DNA from: Balanoglossus misakiensis
Lineage: Eukaryota > Animalia > Hemichordata
Reading direction: 5' to 3'
Length of the DNA stretch: 64,000 bases
Assembly: GCA_040954595.2 (NCBI GenBank)
Contig: CM082595.2
Span: 2,899,943-2,963,942, forward strand
The position numbers and the translations under genes are program-made. Below the pieces are notes generated by a model. The model ran no database searches, was not told where the DNA came from, and saw only the letters and a list, made by a program, of their open reading frames with translations. The stretch's first letter is position 1; the number at the start of each line of letters is the position of its first letter. This document shows positions 27,158 through 36,500 of the stretch, piece by piece.

Positions 27158-27784
27158 TTTGTGTTCTCTGGCCAGCTTGCCACGACGCGTCTACGTCTGT
27201 ATTGACAGAGTTGAATAAAACTGTCAGATAGAAATGCGATATAGCTATATATTGTCAACGCTTATAAGTTCACGCCCCTTGTGGTCATGTATTAGTTATA
27301 TTGATAGAAGACTGTGGGGGGGGGGTAACTCCGAAAGAGAAAGAGGAACGTTTTCACTCCTTTGGAAAACATTTTCAGTTTTTTTTACTCGCATAAATTT
27401 CAGCAATTACAAATAGCTTTTGGTCATGCTGATTAGATTAATAAAATTGGTTCTGGATTCTCCACCAAGTTGTAACATCGTAAGAAAAACCTCGCAATAT
27501 ATAAATAGAAAGTTGCAAAACTTTGCAACTACAAGCAACAAGATTGATAAAACATATTGGACCCGTCACCGTTATACATGAATACAAACATATCTTCTAT
27601 GTATTTGTTCATTTTTCATGTTTTGTGATCGGGTTGAGAGACACAATACCACATTAATTGTATGAGTTGGGAGATGCCGTTCGCCCGTTATTCACGTGAT
27701 CGATAACAGTTCATACAAAGAATGCAGGTATACTGGTTAATGTATTACCAGGAAATTTATGTGGCACTAATAATAGATTCCAAA

Positions 27785-30700
27785 ATGGCGTCTGCAGGTG
27801 AATCGGACGACGATGGCGATAAGTCGCTGAAAGAAGAACTACTAACATGTCAACTTTGCTTCGAAATATACAAGCTGCCGAAATTGTTGCCATGTCAACA
27901 CACGTTCTGCGAACATTGTCTCGAGCGATGGGTGGACACTAATCAGGGAAGACTGATTTGTCCGTGCTGTCGTCAACTTGTTACAATGTCGCCCGAAGAT
28001 GTTAGGGGACTACCAGCGAATCGAGTGATTGGAAGTTTTTTGGACTTTCTTGTTAATCGCTCGAAGGCTAAACGTGATACTGAAACAGGTTTGCGATGTG
28101 AAACGTGTCCCAAGAATGCTGACAATCGCTGTGTAGAGTGCGCGCAATATCTCTGTACCCGCTGTCGTGATGTTCATAGCAAGGGGAAACTGACTAAAAT
28201 GCACAGGGTGTTGAGCGTCGAAGAATTTGACGAAGAGAGACTGACGAATCCAACTATCGAGCAACCGTCTACATACTGCGAAAGGCACGTAGACTCACCC
28301 ATTGAAGTTTATTGCAAAACGTGCGAAGTGTGTGCCTGCGTCAAATGTGCATTTTCGGATCACCCAAACCCAGAACATCACCACATCTCTGTTGACGATG
28401 CTGCTGTCGAATTAAAAGGTGAATTCGAGAACTTCGTTCAGCGACTTGAAAACTGCCGAAAGCAAACGCAAGCCGGTCGGTCTGTTGTGACGAAAGAACT
28501 TATTGAACTGGAGAAGCACTTCAAGAAAGGAATAGAAAACATAGATAAACACGTTGAAGAAATTATCAGAAATGCGCAGACGATGCAACGAAAAGCGAAA
28601 GAGGACTTCCGACATGCTTTCGAAGCGAAAGAAAAGGTTCTGAAAACTCAAATACGGAATTTAGAAACTAGAGAAAATTCCTTGGCGAACACGAGGGAGT
28701 TTGCAGAAATGCAAATAAACTCTGCTCAGTTTTTGTCGTTAGAAAGTGAAATGAAACAGCAAATTGAAAGCATTATCTCGACAGAGGTGAACATGGAACC
28801 CGAAGAAAACAATTTCTTGGATTTTGAAGTACAAGGCAGTCCTGATGTCGATAATTTCGGAGAAGTTCGCACAAACTCGGCCGTTTATTTCAGTTTATAT
28901 GAGAGAGTGAGTATTTAGGCTAATTTATGTAAAAATAAATAGTCCTCAATATTAAGCAAGCTGTGTTCTTGAGTTCGTCTTCCAAAACGATTTGTAGAAT
29001 TCATATATTTATTTTAGATACAACTTTACCATGCAGTAAAATTCCTTTTTGAACAAGACTGCATGTTCTTTGACTTGTCTACACCAAAAAATACAAATGA
29101 AAACACTCTTTAAAGTTCGGCTTTTTGAATTTTCTGCATTTTGTTCTGGTAACTTCTTTGCTTCTGTCAAATGCAGTCACACACAGAGACGGGAAAGACG
29201 TCAGGAGTGGCTGACCAAGATAAAGCTCGATGTGAACCTGAGGTCAACAAAGTACAGTTAAAGTACAAATACAAGGAAGGTGAGCGACACTGTTCAACCT
29301 TAGTAAAAGGATAGGCCAGGGATTAAGTAATGAGAAAAAAACACGAAGTCTGTCAAAACTGAACACCACTTCTCTGTTTATAAACACACCACTGAAGCAA
29401 TCAACTCAACAGAAACATTTTCCATTCCAGGTCAATGGAGTCCGATTATTACATGTGTGAAGTTGGTTACTAGTTACTAGTTCCTGGTTCCTTATTGGGT
29501 TTCCTACGGCCTGGCTAAGCTGATGCCCCGGCACTCTAGGGACCGTTCAGTTTTTACGGCCTTGGGGGGGGGGGGGGGTGGCAAGTTTGAGTCATCGGTT
29601 TTCAAAATCAGGCGGACCCCCCCCCTTCACCCAGGACCAAAACATGATGATCCCCCCCCCCACCTTTGAACAAATTGAAATGACAAGTCAATACAATAGT
29701 TGCTAGAATTGGTAAAACAAGAAAAGTGGCGGGGGGTGGGCGGCAAAATCCAGGGGGGGGGGGTCACTTAAATTTTGAAGTCCAAAAGGGGGGGGGGTCA
29801 TCTGGGGTTTTTAAACGTTTAGGGGGGGGGCACATACTTTTGCCACCGAACTTTTGCTTTTGAGTCCACAAAATTGAGTTGCAGTTTCGCGCCTTTTATT
29901 TTACAAACTTTTCTAATGTGGGAGGGGGAGGGGACACCCCCTCCCACACCCACCCCCTTCATTCTCCACCACATTTCATTTTTTTGCTGGTTTGTCCAGT
30001 GTACCAGAGCAGAGTGCTTGCCACCCCAACCCCACCGATGATAATATTTAACAAAGTAAATACATAAAGGGGAATAATCGTTTAAACCATTTCGCATAAC
30101 TAATAGTTTCGCGATGCTTCTTGTATATACTAGAAGTTTTATAAATGATGTCATGACTAACATGACGCCAAATCTGCTAACTTTGAGTGGATAGGCAAAA
30201 AGTAAAATTGGTCCTCCCAAACATTGAGATAATTTGCTTTTGAGTTCATTAAAATGCAACTTTGAGCTACATATTTTACAAAATTTTCCACCCCGCCACT
30301 TTTCTTGTTTTACCAATTCTAGCAACTATTGTATTGACTTGTCATTTCAATTTGTTCATAGATTTCTTTATTGCAACGAAGTACTATTATATACTATAAT
30401 ACTTCAATAATACTTTAAGAAATTTATAATTGAGGTGTGAGGAGCCTCATTCCCTTTATTGCATACAGTGTACATAGGATCAGGACGGCGAATGTTTTCG
30501 GCGTGGGGGGGGGTCATCATATTTTTGGGTCTGTCAGAGGGGGGGGTCATCATTTTTTGGTCCTGGGTGAGGGGGGGGGGGGCGGCCTGATTTTGAAAAC
30601 CAATGACACAAACTTGCCCCCCCCCCCCCCCGGCCGTAAAAATTGAACGGTCCCTTAGAATGGGTGAAATGTGTTATTTTGAATACGGAACAAAATCAGG

Positions 30701-32926
30701 AACTGGGAACTACCTGCATATTCAGATTGAATCGAATAAGGAACGAGGAACTAGTAACCAACTTCACACACCTTTAATACAGAGGGAGAAAAGAAATACG
30801 ACAGAGATTTTTTGCTGCAATTTCAGTTTGATCCCCTGTGTATACAAAAACCTGAAGGGCTTCCAAAAATAGCTAATGTCATATTAGACTCGGTAAGTTT
30901 TTTGATATATTGCCAATTGTAGTGATAGTAGCCTGGCCCCAGACCAGTGTGTAGAATTTCTATATATCTAAAACACACTGGTCTGGGGCCGGGCTATAGT
31001 GATAGCAAAGATGTAGCAAAATTTAGAAATTCGCGGAAAGTTCCAAATGGGAGGTAGAATTAATACATTAGATTGTCACTGATTTTTTTAAACTGTAGTT
31101 AGTTAACAAAGCGGGAACATTGATTTGTGTTGAATTGTTTTACCTCTGGTAGGATATATGCTGTTGTCTTAACCCTTACAGCTTCAGTTCCCTTTGTAGA
31201 GGTCCAATACTACCATAGAAAAAATCAATTTGGACCAAACCATGATGGTGAAAGGGTTAAATGTGAGTTTTCATTCATGACGGATATGTCTCATTTATTC
31301 AGGTCCATGCTAAACAGCCCATGCGGGGAGGGCCACCAATGATTCCCGGCGGCATGATGGGTAACAAGACCACGGACTTCATGCCTGCGTACATGGGAGG
31401 AGGGAACCAGAAAGGCAAACAGGGTTATGTTCCAAATAACAGGGGACCTCCGCAGAGACAATCCCAAAGGGAACCACAGAAAATCATCTATAGCACCTCG
31501 CAGGGAACAGAGATCAAGCTCACGGAAAGTGTAGCAAAACCTCTGACCGAGAAAACAGAAGCGAAGAGTGCCTCTCCAGATAAGCCTGTGACAGAGGTCA
31601 GTCTTCTCCCAAGGAATTTCACCACCAGTTTGTTCTATGGAAGTCCAAATTTTTACCATAGAAAACAATAACTTTGACGGGGGCATGGTGGTGAAGATGT
31701 GTCCATAATGGTTGAAAGGGCGTGTTTAATCTTCAAATGAACATGTGTTGGTGCTTTTTTTCAATACTTAGCGTTTCTATTTTACTTCCTTCTGTAGCCA
31801 TATTACCATCAACAACAACAGCAGCATCATCGCCAACACAGACCAACTGGGATGAGTATGCAAAGACAAGTTGCACCACAATCTCAGCCAATGTACTCGA
31901 CAAGTCCCGCTACACATGCAGTTTATAATGCAGTTATGCAACCGCAACCTATACCACAAAAAACCATGAATGTAAGTAAAAATGCATAACCTCCAAAGCC
32001 CACCATTCACCTCTTACAAGTTGGTAGCTGTAATACCCACATATTTGAGGAGTCAACATGGATAAATTCTTCAATTCGATATTTTCTTTGCAAAGCATAG
32101 AAAGAGATGGGATGGGTTGATCAGCTGCAGGTAAATAAAAGAAATTGCATGGAAATTATTGTAAAATTTAACATTTTAAAATTTATTAGGCTAGCTCAAA
32201 ATAGCTACATACTAACAATAGCTTGTAGTGTCAATCTGCACAACGCAGCCATGTCAAGTCTGTCAATAGATGGTGTTGTCTGGTGGCTAAAACATCAAGG
32301 GTTGGCTGCAAGCAAAACTTGTTTCATGGTTGAAGGCAGTAGTTGTGGTTTAACACGAGTAACATTTACTATCTTTGACAAATTTTGTTTCTATTTTCAT
32401 AGTATCCTCAAAGTGTGCGACAAACCTATCAACAGCAGGTGCCTCAACAAGCCAGTGGGAAGTACATCGCTCCAAGTACGCCACCATATTACACCCAGTC
32501 CCCATCCGGCCATGGTAAGTAAACTCTTGGATACATGTCCACTGTGTGGTAATGGTTGGTAAGTCTAGTGCTACCATCATCATCATGATAAACACAATTA
32601 GAAGTGATTGTACTGCATGGTTCAGCCATGATTATTCTGAGTATGAGCATTTTCATTGGCATTAACATATCCTCTCTCCTCATCCAGAATGTTTGTACCC
32701 GGCCCCAACAGGCTACTACGCGCCACCACATCAACTAACATACGCGACGCAGCCCGTTCAACAGAGGACGTACGGGCAACCACCACAGCGGGAGAAAAAG
32801 CTGATCAGAGTCACAGACCCCACCAAAGGCGTCGATATTACGAACGAGATCATGAAAAGCAGTGGGGGTAGTAATGTCACTACCAGTAACACTGCTTATG
32901 TCACACCACCGCTTATCTTACTCTAA
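27785..32926 (+). CDS. TRIM-B: chimeric RING / B-box1 / B-box2 / coiled-coil protein fused to duplicated eIF4G exons (eIF4E- and PABP-binding motifs)
   Basis: Exon 1 is 27785-28906 (MASAGESD..., RING CQLCFEIY...CPCCR, two B-boxes, coiled coil; donor AGA|GTGAGT). It is followed by 29177-29279, 30783-30892 (cryptic acceptor; the native acceptor at 29431 runs into a transposon), 31303-31596, 31798-31971, 32403-32514 and 32688-32926 (TAA). All phases match: 2154 nt, 717 aa. The TRIM exon is certain; the full splice model is a prediction. Confidence 0.72.
29454..30770. mobile_element. Non-autonomous DNA transposon inserted inside the duplicated eIF4E-motif exon
   Basis: TIRs TGTGTGAAGTTGGTTACTAGTT (from 29454) and AACTAGTAACCAACTTCACACA (to 30770), with extended subterminal similarity (TTCCTTATT / AATAAGGAA). 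It splits QWSPI..T from TEGEKKYDRDFLL. Target duplication is imperfect (ATTATTACA / TTTAATACA). Confidence 0.88.
29539..30654. mobile_element. Nested Harbinger-like non-autonomous element with long G/C-run-rich inverted repeats
   Basis: CTA|GGGACCGTTCAGTTTTTACGGCC ... GGCCGTAAAAATTGAACGGTCCC|TTA. It also contains an internal inverted repeat of about 68 bp (29669-29736 vs 30291-30358). The superfamily call rests only on GGG termini and 3-bp flanks. Confidence 0.75.
30929..30996. mobile_element. 68-bp palindromic MITE with a perfect 9-bp TSD (TAG...CTA termini, AcademH-like)
   Basis: TAGTGATAG|TAGCCTGGCCCCAGACCAGTGTGT...ACACACTGGTCTGGGGCCGGGCTA|TAGTGATAG. It is absent from the matching eIF4G intron (about 16010-16040). 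A related end lies at about 63524-63568. Confidence 0.8.
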
Positions 32927-33524
32927 GTTCTAGTTCTGAGAGTGAAGAAGATTGGTAACCCATCTTTCACATTCAATATGTTCAGAGTTTCACAGTGTTG
33001 TAGGGAGTCGATGAAAATTTAATTGAAGTTGGCAAATTGAGTTATAATCAGTGCTGAAAAATGCCTTGCTGCTATCATACATGTACATGTGGAATATTTG
33101 TACCTATATTGACATCCAATTTGGTAAAGTCTTCCGGATACCAACAAATGTTCATGAAATGTGCAAATTACCATTAATTAGCAAGAGACTTCAAAACATC
33201 TCTTCTTATTGATGTACAGTAATGTCCTCAAGGTTATCGTGTCAAAAACTTATATTTATTCCAGAGACAAAATACACTCGGCCAAGATACATATGTTTTC
33301 ATGAATTTTTTTATTGGGATTTCTTACTGGTGATGGTTAATTTTCAACTGAAATTTTTTTATCTATCAAAGAATTGTCACATTACTCCACACTTGACTTG
33401 AAAATAGACGGCAACGAGAGACGAACAGACAACTCAAGGAGTCTCTCTGTAATCGACAGAGATCAGAAACGTTCTCTCTCAGCCTCAAAGAAGACATTTT
33501 CACAGGCGCTACTTTTGCAGTCTT

Positions 33525-36500
33525 TTAGAGGAATGGTTCCAGGTTAAATTCCAGAGCAGAGCACGGCATGCTCAGTTCGAACTTTGTGACGACATCGGGA
33601 TGAAGCACACCGAATTTGCCGATCGCTTTGCCGTAGACCACGATTTCTGCACAACGGCCCGGAAAGAATGTGGCATCTGCAAAGACAACGGAAAACCGGA
33701 TAATCAGGAATGACATGCTTTGTTTAGACATCTGTCGCTGTGCAGGACTTTGCATTGAAGTTTAACTGAAAATTTGAAATCTATAATCATAGGTTAAATC
33801 ATTTTTTTTGAGGCCAAGTTGAGTTGCAAGGAGAGTTGGGATATCCTACCTTCTGCAGCTCTGATGTGATATCCTTTGTCGTCCTTCTGTAAGGGTACTT
33901 CCAGCAAAAGCATGATTCTATCCAGCAAGCCATGAATGATCTGGGTGGTTGAGGGGGGAAGGAGGGAGGGTGGGAGGGGGAAGGAGGGGGGTGGGGGGAA
34001 GGAGGGATTGGTGGGGAAGCAGGAGAGAGAGAATATGTCAGAAGAAACCTGGAAGAATCTCCTGAGGGAAATTCCTCTTGCGTAAAATATCTTCCTTTTG
34101 TATGTATACGGCCTTACTAGTAGACACACGTTATTAACAGAGATAGACAGGTCAGTGAAACCAAAATATACGAAAAAATAACTGAATGTTTTATGAATGA
34201 ATTTTCTTTGCAGAAGACACAATCCTTGTAATTTTGCATAATAGCAAACTTGATCAATCTTTAGCTATCGGGATATTCGCCATGTGAACAATACAGTTCA
34301 GATGACATCCAGATTGAGTCATGAAATTTGGCCATTTTTTCTACTCCCATGGTTAGTCTGTAGTAACAGTCAATGTACAATATGGCCGCCTACCTCAAAA
34401 CCAGGATGTTTGTTGTAGTACAGTGCTGCCAAATTGCGGTAGTTTCGAGCGCCGACATCTTTGTCAGGGTCTTGAACTACGATGTCAGAAATCTCAAACA
34501 ACTTCATCGGTAATGGCATGTTTTTATTTGAAGCGATGGTTTTCAGTAATCCTGGTAACAGCGTTGTCCTGGCAACCTGTCAAAGTAGATTTTAAAATAA
34601 ATTTATATACATCACATCTTACTTTTTTTCCTTTTGCTGCTGTATTTACTATATTGAATTTGTATGAATAGATGTTCAAAAGCATGCACGGTGATATAGA
34701 ATTACCTGGAATTCTGCAGTTTTGGGATTGGAAATATGAACAGCCTTCGTGGTAGCCAGATCTTTGTTCAACTTGTCCGCAATATCTTCTCTTGAACACT
34801 GAAATACAACCAGAAAAAGAAGTGAATTTTAAGTATCGATATTTAAAATATGGATGTTAATCTTTATTGAAGTCAGTAAATAAGATCTGTTAAATAGTCA
34901 ATTTCTTTGCAAAGTGGAAAATAAACTTCAAATTACATGTAATTGCAAGCAATGTAATGTATTTCTGTAGGTTGTGTGTGTTCCGGCACAAGACCAAACA
35001 GTTGGCAGATTTTGTTACATTTCACTATATCTGTACAGCATACTGGGTGACTGCTTGAAGGAAAGAGGAGAATTTTTCAGAAATACTGACCAGAGCAAAG
35101 GTCAAGGCCTCGGTGAAGCCTGCCGATGCAATCTCGTGCCGGAGCAGGTCGGTCAGTTTGTTCACCGGAAACTGTTCTCCTATGGTGGCACACTGTGGCA
35201 TTGTCTCCACAATCTTGTTGAAGCCGTAGGCAACAGCAACGTCTTCATAGATATCGCAGGCATGGATCACATGTAAAGCAGTGTTAAGGAAATATGGATA
35301 TTTGTCTTTAAAAGAGGAATTACAGGAAATATTTTTTTCCAGATCAGATTGCAAACTTGTGTCAAAAATCATCTACACAACAGTGTGGGCCATGTTCTCT
35401 GTATGTTTCATTGTGTGTCTGACCTGTGTGTACAAATAGGAATTTGAACACACCAAAGTACAAACAAAGCACATGTGAAAAATGGCCATAGAATTAAGCG
35501 TATTCCCACAAACGCACTCATCCACCACATGTATCTGTGACATATATCAACATCTGGCAGAAGATGTCATCTTTATTCTGATAAGGATATCATGTCTGGT
35601 TGGCGGAATTTCCACTTTCACCTGCTCCTCATCAACGACTTCTGATTTCAGACACATTCTTGTCAACAGAGAAGCAATCGATTTAGCATCCTCACTGGAA
35701 AAAATAAGAATATTCCATTGTTTCACAAATTAGCCAAGGTGTAGCTTGTTCACCACAGTTTAGGTCATAGGTCATCAGCAAATCATGCACCGTTACAATC
35801 AGGTCCATTGGACCCTCAAAGCCTTCCATTTGCCTGTCACAATTTTTATTACAGCAAACAGAGTCTGCCATTAGACCAAGTCTCACCTTATTCCCACAAA
35901 CCCATTCACTTTCTTCACAGACACAACTTCCTCCCGATATGGAAGTTCAGGGTAAATGACCTTTGACCCGTCAGGGTTGATCACCTCTGCAGCTTCAACT
36001 CTGTAGGAGGAAAAGACAAGAGAGTTAGAGGGTGCACATGTAGTATTGAGAAGAAGAGAGATTTTGAGATACCAACAGACCCTGGAAGTACATCTACCAG
36101 TAATCAATCACACTTTACTGCAAAACTCAGAAGTTCTCTGACAACCACGCCTATCCCACAGATGATGATACTTACACGAATGGTTCAGCACAGTATTGAG
36201 TGAACATTGTGACTAGCGTATCCAAGACAACCTTGGCTTTGGTGAGGTCAGTGGCTGTACTCTCTATGAAGACATTCTTTGTCTTCAGTGTAATTTTCGT
36301 GTGGTCACCTGCAAACAAGGAAGTAAATTATGATTGTACATAGAACGTCATGGCACTCTTTTGAGTAATCTTCTGTCTGATATTCAGAAAAATGAAGAGG
36401 GCTTCTACACTTACCGTTGATAATTGGCGGCATTGATAAAACAACTCCATTTTTATCGTAAATTATGGGATAAACTGGTTTGTCCTTGATAATGTGTAGA

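Larger units (their letters stand above)
29177..32911 (+). repeat. Rearranged partial segmental duplicate of eIF4G (exons plus intron remnants)
   Basis: Copies correspond to parent exons 15451-15694, 15843-15976, 16211-16513, then 9432-9620, 11967-12084, 13614-13880. Two blocks are identical by eye: 31282-31432 = 16190-16340 and 31762-31916 = 9396-9550. Confidence 0.97.

Noticed and set aside
29177-32926. Simple processed pseudogene or assembly duplicate of eIF4G
   Set aside because: Introns are retained, splice sites are intact, all exonic indels keep frame, the 4E motif shows only synonymous changes, and the copy has its own insertions.
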